The position numbers were made by a program, and so were the translations under genes. From Candidatus Latescibacterota bacterium (GTDB lineage: Bacteria > Latescibacterota > UBA2968 > GCA-2709665), in assembly GCA_965203805.1 (NCBI GenBank), contig OZ241917.1, positions 1,824,001-1,888,000 of the forward strand: DNA of 64,000 nucleotides. The letters are read 5' to 3'. The notes below the pieces were generated by a model. That model did not search any database. It was given only the letters and a program-made list of their open reading frames with translations, and was not told the origin of the DNA. Below are positions 27,618 to 38,341 of this stretch, one piece after another (the stretch's first letter is position 1; each line of letters opens with the position of its first letter).

Positions 27618-28826
27618 TCAGACCATATTCCCTTCCGCACGACTGTAAATGCCACTTATCACAACAGATTCCCGCATCCCCACGCACATGTTCCCGATCG
27701 CCAGATTGTAATCGCTGGCTCCACTTTCCACGATGCCGCCGGTCTGCGTGGGATCCGCCTGATCGTCTGCACAACGATTGCCCTGCACAATCGTCCGCTC
27801 CAGGTCGTGAAGCCGGATCCCGGGCCAGCGACCGGCCGCCTCCTGCGAATTGCTCAGAAGCAGGTTTCCGGAAACCACCTGCTCCTCGCCCCGGTTGGCG
27901 TCGATTCCGCAACGCCCGTTGTACGCGCAGACGTTGTCGCTGATCACGTTATGGTGGTCGCCGCCGTTCGCCACCCCGCCGATCCCGTTCTGAAGGTTCT
28001 TTGAAAACACGCTGTCACTGCATACCGTATGGTGCACGCGGGCGCAGAAGAAAAAGCCGTCGCCGCCGTTGCCTTCCGCGATGTTGTGCGACCAGACGCT
28101 CGCGCGGAGCGCCGTACCGGGGTGAAATCCGTGTCCGCGGCAGCCGTGGGCCTGGCATTGCATCACCTGGACGTCGCTGCCGCGCTGAACACCGATCCCG
28201 TCGCTCGGCCAGCCCGAAACCGTGCAGTTCACCACCCGCACCCGCCGGCATGCCACCAGATGGACCGCGGCATAGGTGAAATCCCACCACGGCCCCCGGT
28301 AATTCTCCGGACCCCGTATGGTGAGGTCCCGAATCTCGATATCCCGCTCATCCAGCGCGTGGACCGCCGGGAACAGCCGGACGGCCCGCGCGTTGTCCGC
28401 CGTCTTCAACGCCCGTTCCAGCGGCACGTTCAGCCGCACGCGGGTCCCGTTTCGCGCCTGAACGACGCCGTGCGTACCGTGCCAGCCGTACTGCCGATCG
28501 TCGCATATTCCAACGGCGTCGCCCACCTCGAACGGCGGAAGCGTGCGGCATTCGACCTCGTGTTCACCGTCGCGCGCGTCTTTGTTCAGGGCAACGGATT
28601 CCGGCGGACGGATCGCCAGAACGGTCGCCGGACCGTCGCCGACCAGGCTTACGCATCGGGGCAGATAAACGGATTGCCGCAGGAAATAGGCGCCCGCCGG
28701 CACGCGGACCCGTCCTCCGGCCGGCGAAAGCGAAGCGATCGCTTCGCCTATCCCCCCCGTCGGGGATTCCGGATCGTAGAAATCCGCGGCATTGACTTCG
28801 GACTGCCGTGCCGGCGACCCCGACAT
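27618..28826 (-). CDS. Right-handed parallel beta-helix repeat protein (pectate-lyase-like fold)
   Basis: AI.SL...GG.V.VPAG.Y N-terminal cap and repeated N...GI/DG motifs. Confidence 0.8.
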   Translation of the reverse strand: MSGSPARQSEVNAADFYDPESPTGGIGEAIASLSPAGGRVRVPAGAYFLRQSVYLPRCVSLVGDGPATVLAIRPPESVALNKDARDGEHEVECRTLPPFEVGDAVGICDDRQYGWHGTHGVVQARNGTRVRLNVPLERALKTADNARAVRLFPAVHALDERDIEIRDLTIRGPENYRGPWWDFTYAAVHLVACRRVRVVNCTVSGWPSDGIGVQRGSDVQVMQCQAHGCRGHGFHPGTALRASVWSHNIAEGNGGDGFFFCARVHHTVCSDSVFSKNLQNGIGGVANGGDHHNVISDNVCAYNGRCGIDANRGEEQVVSGNLLLSNSQEAAGRWPGIRLHDLERTIVQGNRCADDQADPTQTGGIVESGASDYNLAIGNMCVGMRESVVISGIYSRAEGNMV

Positions 28827-28883
28827 CACTGTTCTCCCCTGCGATACATAAACGCCAGCCAGTCACGCCCCCACCCGCGCCGA

Positions 28884-29612
28884 TCAAACCGACGGCGGCT
28901 CCAGAAATACCGTCACACCCATATCGGCGAATTTCGACCGCTCTTCCGCCGATCCGATCCGGTGGCACACGGCAGCGCCGGAACCCTGGAGGGACTTCGC
29001 CACGTAGGCCACGGCGTCATCCACCGACTTCAGGGCGTGATTGGGATGCGCCCTCAGGTTGAACGTCAGGTCGGTCGGTCCGAACGAAAGACAATCCACC
29101 CCGGGCCGGGCCAGAAAATGTGCCCGGGTCGCGGCCTCTACCGACTCGATCTGCAGCCACAATACGCCGTATGCGTTCCACCAGTCCGCATATTCGAAGG
29201 GATCGGCAAACGCCGACGCCCCGCGCCGGGAACGGCCGCCGATACTCCGGATCCCCGCCTGCGGAAAATAGAACGCGTTGACCGCCTCGAGCGCGGTCTC
29301 ATCCGTCTCTGTCTGAGGCACCTCCACGCCGCACGGACCGAGATCCAGGTAATTCCCGATCAGGTACGCGTTCCTGGTGTGTTTGATGCGAAACTGGACG
29401 AACACGTCCAGTTCCTCCGCGAGGCCGCAGAATTCCTCCAGCCGCTCCTCGTTGAGCGCCGAATGCTGGCTGTCGGCGGATACGAAATCGTACGGACCGC
29501 TTTCCATCACCTGCAGGAATCGCTCCCGCGTCGCGTCCAGAGGCAGCATCGTGCCCACAATCTGCTCTCCATCGCGTATCCGTTTCTTCAGGCCAATGGC
29601 ATTTTCGAACAT
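28884..29612 (-). CDS. HpcH/HpaI aldolase family protein (divergent)
   Basis: DSQHS, FYFPQ.G.RS, QIES and GPTDL. Confidence 0.8.
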   Translation of the reverse strand: MFENAIGLKKRIRDGEQIVGTMLPLDATRERFLQVMESGPYDFVSADSQHSALNEERLEEFCGLAEELDVFVQFRIKHTRNAYLIGNYLDLGPCGVEVPQTETDETALEAVNAFYFPQAGIRSIGGRSRRGASAFADPFEYADWWNAYGVLWLQIESVEAATRAHFLARPGVDCLSFGPTDLTFNLRAHPNHALKSVDDAVAYVAKSLQGSGAAVCHRIGSAEERSKFADMGVTVFLEPPSV

Positions 29613-29678
29613 AACACCCTCCGCGTGCGCCAGGAATCGCGCATCAAAATCCGATATCAGGAAACCGTGTATGGTTTC

Positions 29679-30932
29679 TCATTTAGCATTTCCGGCTGTC
29701 AATTCGCCGGCATGCGCTCTCACCTTTTCGAATGCATGGCAAATCTCCTTCATCCTTTCCTCCGGCGCCAGCAATACCCGCTGGGACAGCCAGATCCGGT
29801 CTGAGCAAGCCTTCTCCGCTTGTGGCAGATGCATGCTCCGGTAATCCGGCGCGTGACCCGTCGTTGTCCAGGCGAAGGGCCTGTACGAACCGGCCATCCA
29901 GTCGGTCTGAAATACGGGGTTCCGGTATACCGGCTCGGCATAGCCACCGCTCGCGGGCACCCCTTCGGCCCGCAGCGCCTGCAGCAACCGCTCCCTGGAT
30001 ACGCCTGCGAACTCGTCCGGCGCGTACCGGGCGCTGTAGATGTGCCAGCTCGCCCGGGTCGCTTCATGCAGCCGCCTTACTGGCTCGATGCCCTCGACCC
30101 GCGACAGCGTTCGACTCAGCATGGCCGCGTTCTGTTCGCGAATGTCCGTCTGTTCTCGAACCCGCTTCAGTTGGCACAGCAGAATCGCAGCCGTGAAGTC
30201 GGTCATGCGGTGGTTGCCTCCCCAGCGATCCTGCTCCGGCGCCCGATCGAACCGGGAGCGGCCGGAATTGATCGCGCACCCCATCCGGTCGGCGACCTCT
30301 TCGTCGTTCGTCAGCGCGATACCACCCTCTCCGGACGTCATATTCTTGCTCTGTTGAAAACTGAATCCCGACGCCAGACCCCAACTGCCCAGGCCCTTCT
30401 CCATATACGCCGCCCCCCAGCCGTGGCAGGCGTCTTCCAGCACGACCAGATCGTGCCGGTCCGCGATGGTCCGGATGCGCGTCATATCGCATGCCAACCC
30501 GCCGAAGTGCACGACCATGATCGCCTTTGTCCGGGGCGTGACGGCGGCCTCGATCGCATCCGGGTCGATATTGTCGGTGTCCGGCGCGATGTCCGCGAAG
30601 GTCACGGTCGCACCGGCCGCCAGAATGCCCATACAGGTGCCGTGAAACGTGAACGGGCTGGTGATCACCTCGTCGCCCACACCGATCTGCGCACCCCGGC
30701 ATGCGGCCTCCAGCGCATTTGTGCCCCCGTTGCATACCAGTCCGTACTTTGCATCCTGAAAACGCGCGAACGCATCTTCCAGTTCGCGGCACTTCGGACC
30801 GTAGTTCCAGTTCCGGCCGTGCAATACGTCAAGCAGCAGGGCCTCTTCGGTCCCGTCGAATTGCGGCCAGGGATCTGCGGCTTCACCAGTGACTGCGGTC
30901 TCTCCACCCAACAATGCGAGCCGGCCGGACAT
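29679..30932 (-). CDS. DegT/DnrJ/EryC1/StrS PLP-dependent aminotransferase
   Basis: GDEVI, TPRTKAI.VH, EDACH and FSFQQSKNMTSGEGG; start ATG 30932. Confidence 0.93.
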   Translation of the reverse strand: MSGRLALLGGETAVTGEAADPWPQFDGTEEALLLDVLHGRNWNYGPKCRELEDAFARFQDAKYGLVCNGGTNALEAACRGAQIGVGDEVITSPFTFHGTCMGILAAGATVTFADIAPDTDNIDPDAIEAAVTPRTKAIMVVHFGGLACDMTRIRTIADRHDLVVLEDACHGWGAAYMEKGLGSWGLASGFSFQQSKNMTSGEGGIALTNDEEVADRMGCAINSGRSRFDRAPEQDRWGGNHRMTDFTAAILLCQLKRVREQTDIREQNAAMLSRTLSRVEGIEPVRRLHEATRASWHIYSARYAPDEFAGVSRERLLQALRAEGVPASGGYAEPVYRNPVFQTDWMAGSYRPFAWTTTGHAPDYRSMHLPQAEKACSDRIWLSQRVLLAPEERMKEICHAFEKVRAHAGELTAGNAK

Positions 30933-31036
30933 CACTCCCCTTTCGGATGGAAAAATTCGACATTGCATGCCGGACGAAGCGGAAGTACATTTCCGAATCC
31001 GGGAATTGCGATTCACCTTGCGAACGGAGTCGCGTG

Positions 31037-31660
31037 ATGAGAGTCGAAGTCAGCTGCCGGTCCACGCCGTACGAATATCAGCCGCTTCAGGGCCCTGTGC
31101 GCTTCAGCATGGAGGAAGCCGTGCTCTCATACGAGCGCTTCGACGGCCGGATGAGCCCCACGGTCAAACGCGTGAATTTCAACCGGAGCGACAGCGTTTC
31201 GGTCCTTCTCTATGCGTGGGAGACCGACGAAATCGTCCTCGTAGAACAATTCCGCTACCCCGCGTACGCAAGCCATCCTGAATCGGAACGGGATGGCAAA
31301 GGCTGGATCCTGGAAACCGTCGCTGGCATCAAGGATGCCCGCGGGCCCGACGTGGCCAGACGCGAACTGCTTGAAGAAACAGGATTCACGCTCGTTGGCG
31401 ACCTGGAGCTCCTCACCACTGCTTACGTCAGCCCGGGCGGCACCTCCGAACGCGTCGAACTCTATCTTGCCCGTGTACGTACACCGGAAGGCATCCGGAA
31501 GCACGCGGGGCTGGAAACCGAAACAGAAGACATCCGCCCGCATACCATCCCCTTTGAAGAGGCCCTTCGCATGGTCGCGGACGGACGCATCGTGGACTTG
31601 AAGACGATTGTCTCGCTCTACATGCTCAAGGAGCGGTTGGACGGAAAACGGGAAACTTAA
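31037..31660 (+). CDS. NUDIX hydrolase, ADP-ribose/GDP-mannose pyrophosphatase-like
   Basis: LVEQFRYP, E.VAG...RELLEETG, SPGG..E and I.D.KT. Confidence 0.88.
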   Translation: MRVEVSCRSTPYEYQPLQGPVRFSMEEAVLSYERFDGRMSPTVKRVNFNRSDSVSVLLYAWETDEIVLVEQFRYPAYASHPESERDGKGWILETVAGIKDARGPDVARRELLEETGFTLVGDLELLTTAYVSPGGTSERVELYLARVRTPEGIRKHAGLETETEDIRPHTIPFEEALRMVADGRIVDLKTIVSLYMLKERLDGKRET

Positions 31661-31670
31661 GCACCGCGCG

Positions 31671-33116
31671 TCAAAGCAGCCGCCCCTTCCGCACCCGGTC
31701 CGCCTCGGGGTACCGTTCGGCCAATGCCGCCACGGCGCCCACGAATTCTGCGGCCTGTTCCTCCGCCTGCCCCACGAAGCGACCGCTCTCACCCAGAATT
31801 TCCTCGATCTCCCGGGACGAAAGCGGGATCCGGTTGTCATCTCCGAGCCGCTGCGTCAGGTCGTTTTTCTCCCGACCCTCTTCGCGCATTTCCAGCGCGA
31901 CGGCCACCGCGTGTTCCTTCAACGCGTCGTGGACCTGTTCGCGTCCGGCGCCCCGCTGGACGGAAGCCATCAACAACGTGGTCGTGGCCAGAAACGGCAT
32001 ATACCGGGTCAGTTCATTCCGTATCACCGCCTCATACACGCCCATTTCGTCGAGCACGTGCAGCGCGGTCTCGAGCATGCCGTCAAACGCGAAAATGGCA
32101 TCGGGCAACGCCACCCGTCGCACGACCGAGCACGAAACGTCGCCCTCGAACCACTGGTCGCCGACGAGCCCGCCGGCCATATGAACGTATCCGCCCAGAA
32201 GCACCTGAAACCCGTTGATCCGCTCGGCGCTGCGTGTATTCATCTTGTGGGGCATGGCGGACGACCCCACCTGGCCCTTCGCGAAGCCCTCGGTCGCAAT
32301 CTCGGCGCCCGCCATCAATCGCAACGTGCGCGACAGATTTGCGATACCCCCGCCCATCTGGTAGAGGCAACTGATCGCTTCGAAATCCAGACCCCGGGGA
32401 TAAACCTGTCCCACCGCATTCAACTCGCGTCCGAACCCCAGATACACCCGGACCTCCTCCTGGAGGGCTCTCAGCTTCTCAGGGTCGCCGTGCATGAGCG
32501 TCAGCTGGTCCAGCGACGTCCCCACCGCGCCTTTCAACCCCCGAAGCGGGTAATTTTCCACGAGATGCTCGAATCGCCTGAACGCGTGCAGCATTTCCTC
32601 GCCGAACATGGCGAATCGCTTTCCCACCGTTGTCGGCTGCGCCGCCGCATGGTGGGTGCGGCCGACAATGGGCATCGCCTTCCATTCCAGCACCCGCGTG
32701 CTCAGGCGTAGCAGCATCGCCACGTACTTGCCCGCCAGGTACCGCAGTGATCGCAGCACCTGAAACTGCTCCACGTTGTCGGTCAGGTCGCGGCTGGTCA
32801 TGCCCTTGTGGACGTGTTCGTGCCCGGCCCGTTCACAAAATTCCTCGATGCGCGCCTTGACGTCGTGCCGCGTCCGGGCTTCCCGGCGTTGTATCGAGGC
32901 CAGATCCACCTGGTCCACAACCGCCTCATAGGCGCGAATAGCCTCCTCCGGCACGTCCAACCCCAGTTTTCGCTGGGCACGCATCACCGCGATCCAGAAC
33001 CGCCGCTCCAGTACGATCCGACCCTCTTCGGACCAGATCCCCCTGATTTCCGAACTCGCGTACCGCCCCGCCAGGACGTTAGGTATATTTTCCGGCATGT
33101 TTTCGTCCGCCGTCAT
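31671..33116 (-). CDS. purB: Adenylosuccinate lyase
   Basis: RYAS, TRHDVKA, H.GMTS.D, GRTH...AQPTT.GKR and SSAMPHKMN signature. Confidence 0.95.
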   Translation of the reverse strand: MTADENMPENIPNVLAGRYASSEIRGIWSEEGRIVLERRFWIAVMRAQRKLGLDVPEEAIRAYEAVVDQVDLASIQRREARTRHDVKARIEEFCERAGHEHVHKGMTSRDLTDNVEQFQVLRSLRYLAGKYVAMLLRLSTRVLEWKAMPIVGRTHHAAAQPTTVGKRFAMFGEEMLHAFRRFEHLVENYPLRGLKGAVGTSLDQLTLMHGDPEKLRALQEEVRVYLGFGRELNAVGQVYPRGLDFEAISCLYQMGGGIANLSRTLRLMAGAEIATEGFAKGQVGSSAMPHKMNTRSAERINGFQVLLGGYVHMAGGLVGDQWFEGDVSCSVVRRVALPDAIFAFDGMLETALHVLDEMGVYEAVIRNELTRYMPFLATTTLLMASVQRGAGREQVHDALKEHAVAVALEMREEGREKNDLTQRLGDDNRIPLSSREIEEILGESGRFVGQAEEQAAEFVGAVAALAERYPEADRVRKGRLL

Positions 33117-34189
33117 TTCCCGGCGTTCCCCCGCTGTGACTGGATTGCTTCGGTGCGAACCGCACGCGCCGGCTCCGAATCCAGTATCTCACCCGCATAC
33201 GCGAAAAGCGCCGGGGTACCCCCGGTATGCACAAAAATCACCGTCTGTTCCGGCCCCCATTGACCCTCCCGTATATGCCGGACCATCGCCCCGAAAGCCT
33301 TTCCGGTATACACCGGATCCAGAATAAGCGCCTCGGTGCGCGCGGCCAGCACAACCGCTTCCCGGCTCGCATCCGTCAACGTACCATAGGCCGTGCCGGC
33401 AAAGGCCCCGTAGGTTTCGAAGTCGTCTCCGGTGAAGGACAGGTCCAGCGACAGCAATATCGCCACCTCGTTCGCAACGCGGGCGAGGTTGGCCGCATCC
33501 TCTTCGTCGTCCTGGGGGCTCGGACTGATCCCCACGACGCGAAGCGGGACCCCCAGCGCCCGGGCGCCCACGACCAGCCCCACGTGCGTATGCACCCCCG
33601 AGCACACGTAAAGGCCGTCCGGGCGGATGTCACGTTCCTGCAGCTGTTCCCACAGTTCCAGAAAACCGTCGACATAGGAAATGCTCCGCAGGTAATACCC
33701 GTCCGTGCTGGTATTGTAGACCCTGAGACCGTCCGCCTTCAGGCGGTCGATGACTCGCTCCTTCTCATCGGGACTGTCTACGAGGTGGACCTCGGCGCCG
33801 AACAGATGATCCAGGAGCAGGTTTCCGTTTACGGGACGGGAATGCGCGTCATTCCGCCCGACCATGACGGCTTTTAGCCCGAAACGCGCCGCCATCGCCG
33901 CGGTCAGACGGGACTGATTGGACTGGGAGGCCGCACCGTGCAACAGAACGTCGTAGCCCTCGCGAATCGCCGGCGCCACCGAGTACTCGAACTCCCGCAC
34001 TTTGTTGCCGCCGAATGCCATGCCGGTCTGATCCTCCCGCTTGATCCAGATACGGGGACCTCCCAGCTTCTCCGTGAGCCTGGGACAATCCAGGAGAGGC
34101 GTGGGCAGGTCCGCCAGGGACAGACGGGAGAATCGCGCCAGGCGCTTCCTCAACGCTTCAGCTGTAATCACCGGTGTCGCCGCCGCCAT
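33113..34189 (-). CDS. D-cysteine desulfhydrase / ACC deaminase family PLP enzyme
   Basis: PTPL, KRED.TG...GGNK.R, QSN, LDPVYTGKA and HTGG.P. Confidence 0.9.
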   Translation of the reverse strand: MAAATPVITAEALRKRLARFSRLSLADLPTPLLDCPRLTEKLGGPRIWIKREDQTGMAFGGNKVREFEYSVAPAIREGYDVLLHGAASQSNQSRLTAAMAARFGLKAVMVGRNDAHSRPVNGNLLLDHLFGAEVHLVDSPDEKERVIDRLKADGLRVYNTSTDGYYLRSISYVDGFLELWEQLQERDIRPDGLYVCSGVHTHVGLVVGARALGVPLRVVGISPSPQDDEEDAANLARVANEVAILLSLDLSFTGDDFETYGAFAGTAYGTLTDASREAVVLAARTEALILDPVYTGKAFGAMVRHIREGQWGPEQTVIFVHTGGTPALFAYAGEILDSEPARAVRTEAIQSQRGNAGK

Positions 34190-34307
34190 TCGAGCACCTT
34201 TCCTTCGCTGCTTCCAGGGCTTGACGCACGTCACATTGCCACTCGAAACGAAATATAGTTTTCCGGAACTGCAGATGCAAAGACTATCCCCGAGCGGTCG
34301 AACAGAA

Positions 34308-34334
34308 GCCCCGCCGGCGAAGAGCCGGCGGGGC
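34308..34334. terminator. GC-rich hairpin after arsC
   Basis: gccccgccggc/gccggcggggc perfect 11-bp stem. Confidence 0.5.
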
Positions 34335-34374
34335 CGAATACCGATAACCGGGCTGTGGGTCCCACCGGCGCCCG

Positions 34375-34725
34375 TCAAAGAATCTCCAGCACGGTCTCGG
34401 GCGGCCGGCCCAGCCTTGCCCCGTTCCCACTGACGACAATCGGCCGCTCGATCAGGATGGGATGTCTCGACATCGCGCGGATCAGCGCCGAGCGATCGTC
34501 CGCCTTTTCTTCCAGGCGAAGCTCGGCGTATTCATCCTCCCCGGTCCGGACCAGATCCACGGGTCGGATACCCAGCATGTCCAGTATCCGGGAAAGCGTC
34601 TGTTCGTCCGGGGGCGATTTCAGGTACTCGACGATTCTCGGCTCAATACCGCGCTCCTTCAATAGTTTCAACGTCTGCCTGCTTTTGCTGCAAGCCGGAT
34701 TGTGGTAGATGACGACTTCGCTCAC
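34375..34725 (-). CDS. arsC: Arsenate reductase, ArsC (glutaredoxin-type)/YfgD family
   Basis: IYHNPACSKSR, LIERPIV and GRPPE; AAGGAGG upstream of GTG 34725. Confidence 0.9.
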   Translation of the reverse strand: MSEVVIYHNPACSKSRQTLKLLKERGIEPRIVEYLKSPPDEQTLSRILDMLGIRPVDLVRTGEDEYAELRLEEKADDRSALIRAMSRHPILIERPIVVSGNGARLGRPPETVLEIL

Positions 34726-34752
34726 GAAAACCTCCTTGCATTCATTGCCCAA

Positions 34753-36456
34753 TCAGGGTATCACCGGCAGAACCACACGGGACGGCCGGCCCGCGTCGTG
34801 GAAAATTTTCTGATGCGCCGCCCGCAGGACCGTGTCGCGGTAATCGTCGCCGCCGGTATTGTGATTTCTGTCGAAGTTCGGAAAATCGCTGCTGGAAACG
34901 TCCAGCCGGATGCGGTGGCCCTTCCTGAAGAGATTGCTGGTAGGATTCACGCGAATCGTGTATTCGTAGACCCGGTCCGGCTCAATCAGGGACGGGGCAT
35001 CGAAGGAATGCCGGTACCGCGCGCGTACGATTCCGTGACACAATTCCTGGACGAATCCGTTGGGCCAGACGTCCATCAACTTGGCGACGAAATCCGTATC
35101 GGGGGCGGACGAAGCCGCGAACAGGCGCACCTCGACCGGCCCGGTCACCTCTACAGGCGCGGCCAGCGGCGGCGTCATGTACACCATCACGTCGCGCCTG
35201 CCGTCCAGGGCCCGCTGGTCCATGGGCGCATGCTGGCCGCCGGTCGTGTAAAGGGTCATCAACGGGTCTCTCGGGTCGTAGTCGTACGCGTCCGGTTCCT
35301 GGTTCCCGGGCGCCTCCCGGGAGAGCCATCCCGCGCCGGCGGGCAGGTCCGCATGGCCGGAACTGTGCAGATAGAACGTCGTAAACCTGGTTCGCTGCAG
35401 CGGCCATTCCCGCTCACCGCGCCACCTGTCGGCCCCCATGACGAAGAGTTGCAGCGGGGGCCAGTCCGAAGCCTCGCTCCGTCGTCCTTTGAGCCAGCGC
35501 GAAAACCAGGCATCCGCGATTTCGTAAAAGTCCCGTGCGGCTTCCGGTCCGAAATCCAACTCACCCACGCGACGATCCAGGTCCAGGAGCGTGTGGGTCC
35601 ATGGGCCGACGATCAGGTGTTGATTCTGCCGGGCGCACGGACTCCCGCCGTTTTCCCGCATGCCCGTAAAATGCTTGAATATTCCGATCTGCTGATCATA
35701 CCACCCCGCCGTACCCAGCACGGGGACCTTCACGTTCGCGTGTTTGTCCTGGAAACGGAAGTGGTCCACGGCATGGTCATCGAGCCACCGCTTCCAATGT
35801 TTGCCCATCCCCGGCATCACATCCTCGGGGATATCCATCAGCGGCAGATACCAGAGCCATTTGCTCCGGTCCCGGTCCTGCCATAGCCGCGACGCGTCGT
35901 CCTTTGCCTTTTCCTTCCAGGGGTGCCCGGTTCGCCGGGCCGTGTCTACCGACAGGTTATTAATGGTCCAATCCATCACCCGTCCGAGGCGAAGCACGCC
36001 GCTCAGCTCCCGGTCCAGAAGGTTCGCGGCAATTCCGCCCGCAAGCATTGCCACCAGATTGGGGGGACGCGTGTGCGCAAGTTCCCACTGTACCCACCCG
36101 TCGTACGAGTTTCCGAACGTCCCCACTTTCCCGTCCGACCATGGCAATCCCGCCGCCCACGCCACCGTATCGTAACCGTCCTCCGAGTCCCGGTGGTCCC
36201 CACTGAAAAACCCGGGTTGAAACTCGCCGTCCGATGCGTACCGCCCGCGAACGTCCTGAATGACCACCACGTATCCGCGCTCGGCCATCTTCGGGCCAAT
36301 CTCAAGCTGCTTCTCTCCCTCCTTATCGTACGGCGTCCGGCAAAGCAATACCGGAAACTTGCCCTGTATATCGGGCCGGTAGACGTCCCCGCGCAGCACC
36401 GTACCATCACGCATCACCGCCTGGAGGTCCTTTTCCTTCACCGTTGGACAGGACAT
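34753..36456 (-). CDS. CocE/NonD family serine hydrolase
   Basis: MRDG..L..DVYRP, RTPY, QDVRGR..S.G, G.SY.G, GW.D, GPW.H and SSS.FP.FDRN.N. Confidence 0.95.
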   Translation of the reverse strand: MSCPTVKEKDLQAVMRDGTVLRGDVYRPDIQGKFPVLLCRTPYDKEGEKQLEIGPKMAERGYVVVIQDVRGRYASDGEFQPGFFSGDHRDSEDGYDTVAWAAGLPWSDGKVGTFGNSYDGWVQWELAHTRPPNLVAMLAGGIAANLLDRELSGVLRLGRVMDWTINNLSVDTARRTGHPWKEKAKDDASRLWQDRDRSKWLWYLPLMDIPEDVMPGMGKHWKRWLDDHAVDHFRFQDKHANVKVPVLGTAGWYDQQIGIFKHFTGMRENGGSPCARQNQHLIVGPWTHTLLDLDRRVGELDFGPEAARDFYEIADAWFSRWLKGRRSEASDWPPLQLFVMGADRWRGEREWPLQRTRFTTFYLHSSGHADLPAGAGWLSREAPGNQEPDAYDYDPRDPLMTLYTTGGQHAPMDQRALDGRRDVMVYMTPPLAAPVEVTGPVEVRLFAASSAPDTDFVAKLMDVWPNGFVQELCHGIVRARYRHSFDAPSLIEPDRVYEYTIRVNPTSNLFRKGHRIRLDVSSSDFPNFDRNHNTGGDDYRDTVLRAAHQKIFHDAGRPSRVVLPVIP

Positions 36457-36538
36457 TCGCGCCTTTCCGTTACCCCTTTTTTCGATCCGCGACCGAGAAA
36501 AAACAGCACGTGAGCGGTGCGCTCCTTACACGACGGAG

Positions 36539-38341
36539 TTAGGCCAATTCCCATACCAGCACGGTGGTGTCCGCGGACCCGGACAGGATATAACGTCCGT
36601 CGCGACCCGCAGCCAGCGTGTGGACGGACCCCTCGTGCCCGGCGAATTCGGCGAGAGAAACAGCGGAGTCCCAATCCCATACGATCACCCTGCCATCCTG
36701 CCCGGCGGAACAGAACGACCTCCCGTCGGGCAGCAGCAGGACGTCCTCCACGCCGCCGCCGTGCTCGTACGAACGCACCTCCCGCCCTTCCCGCAGATCC
36801 CACTGAACCACCGATCCATCACGGCCCGCGGACACTACCGTGCCACTCTGCGCACAGGCCACGGCCTGCACCCAGCCCCGGTGCGCGGCCGCCATTGCCT
36901 TCAACGCTCCCGTCGCCAGGCGCCAGACCCTCACGGCGCCGTCCCGTCCACCGCTCACGACGTCTCGGCCGTCCGGTGAGACTGCCAGCGCCAGGACGCC
37001 GCCCAGATGCCCTTCCAGGGTTCGTTCAGCCCGTCCCGAAACGGCATCCCACACCCGGACCGAGCCATCGTCCGCAGCGCTTACGACGTTGTCGGGTCCG
37101 GCGAAGACCACCGCCCGAACGAATCCGAGATGCCCGTTGAGCGCGTGCGCGCAGTTTCCGTTTTCGCACTCGAAAATGTGGACGCTGCCGTCCTTGCACC
37201 CCGCCGCGACCCGGGCGCCATCGGGGGAAACCGCCAGCGCGTGGACTTCGCCGCCAGGGCACTCAACCGTTCGCGTTGACGTCCATCCCTCCGTCTCCCA
37301 CCATCGGATGGTCCTGTCCGTGGAGCCGGAAATCGCCATGGACCCGTCGGGCGTCACCGCAAGGGCCCGCACGCCGGCCATGTGCCGCTCCCATCGCAGG
37401 CGAGGCCGGCCCGTGGCCATGGCGGTCTCCGCCAGCAGCCCGTCGCTGCCGTGGGAAAGCACACGGTCACCATCGGGTGAAATCCGGATTCGGTTGACGT
37501 GACTCTGATGGGGGTACCACCTTTTCGCGATCGTGGCCGTCTTCCGGTCCCACAGCCGGATCGACCCGTCCCGGGATCCGGTCAGGAGGTGCCGGTCGTC
37601 TCTGCCATATGCCACCGAGGGCACGGCGTGCCCCAGATGCCCGGTAAACGTCTCGAGACATTCGTAGTCCCGCAGGCGCCATTCGTTCGACTTGTGGCGG
37701 GTTCCCACCAGCAGCCGCGCCCCGTCCGCGGACAGGCACATATCGTAACAGACGTAATCCTCCACGAAGACCTTCAGCCGCGCCCCGGTCGCCAGGTCGT
37801 AGTGGTAGACATTGTGGCCTGGCTGATGGGCCACCAGCGCCGTCCGGCCGTCCGGAGCGTACAGGCAGAGATTGAAGTGCTCTCCGGCATCCGAAATCGC
37901 GATGCGCCGTCTACCCTTCTCCCGGTCCCACTCCTCCACGGTGCAGGTCCCCTGGTCCAGGGTCAGCACGCGGTTCTCGTCCGGCGAATACCGCAACGAG
38001 ACGAGCGATGTCCGCCCCGTGTCAAATCCGCCAACCTCGCGCGGAATTTCGGTCAGACGCCATTCGCTCAGCACGCCCGCCTCATCGGCGAACAACGCTC
38101 TTGACACGTCGCGGTTCCAGGCCGCGGCCGTCAGGCGATGGTCCGACACCCGGTGCCGGGCAATGCATTCGCCCTCCTTCAGATCCCAGACGCAGAGGGT
38201 TTTCCCCGATATCACGAACGCCTGCCGGCCGTCGGCGGAGTAGACCATGTCGGTTACCGACCCCCGCATCCGGCGGGTCCCCAGCCGCCCCACCGCACCT
38301 TCGGGCAATGGATCGCCCAGATGGTCTCTGTGAACGTTCAT
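36539..38341 (-). CDS. Cytoplasmic WD40-repeat protein (probably a double propeller)
   Basis: D..GDPLPEGA..RLG leader and many GH...V..LA.SPDG....S...DG..R.WD repeats. Confidence 0.92.
   Translation of the reverse strand: MNVHRDHLGDPLPEGAVGRLGTRRMRGSVTDMVYSADGRQAFVISGKTLCVWDLKEGECIARHRVSDHRLTAAAWNRDVSRALFADEAGVLSEWRLTEIPREVGGFDTGRTSLVSLRYSPDENRVLTLDQGTCTVEEWDREKGRRRIAISDAGEHFNLCLYAPDGRTALVAHQPGHNVYHYDLATGARLKVFVEDYVCYDMCLSADGARLLVGTRHKSNEWRLRDYECLETFTGHLGHAVPSVAYGRDDRHLLTGSRDGSIRLWDRKTATIAKRWYPHQSHVNRIRISPDGDRVLSHGSDGLLAETAMATGRPRLRWERHMAGVRALAVTPDGSMAISGSTDRTIRWWETEGWTSTRTVECPGGEVHALAVSPDGARVAAGCKDGSVHIFECENGNCAHALNGHLGFVRAVVFAGPDNVVSAADDGSVRVWDAVSGRAERTLEGHLGGVLALAVSPDGRDVVSGGRDGAVRVWRLATGALKAMAAAHRGWVQAVACAQSGTVVSAGRDGSVVQWDLREGREVRSYEHGGGVEDVLLLPDGRSFCSAGQDGRVIVWDWDSAVSLAEFAGHEGSVHTLAAGRDGRYILSGSADTTVLVWELA

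Noticed and set aside
34375-34725. Arsenic-resistance operon
   Set aside because: No arsR, arsB or acr3 nearby; a lone ArsC/YfgD-family gene is common.
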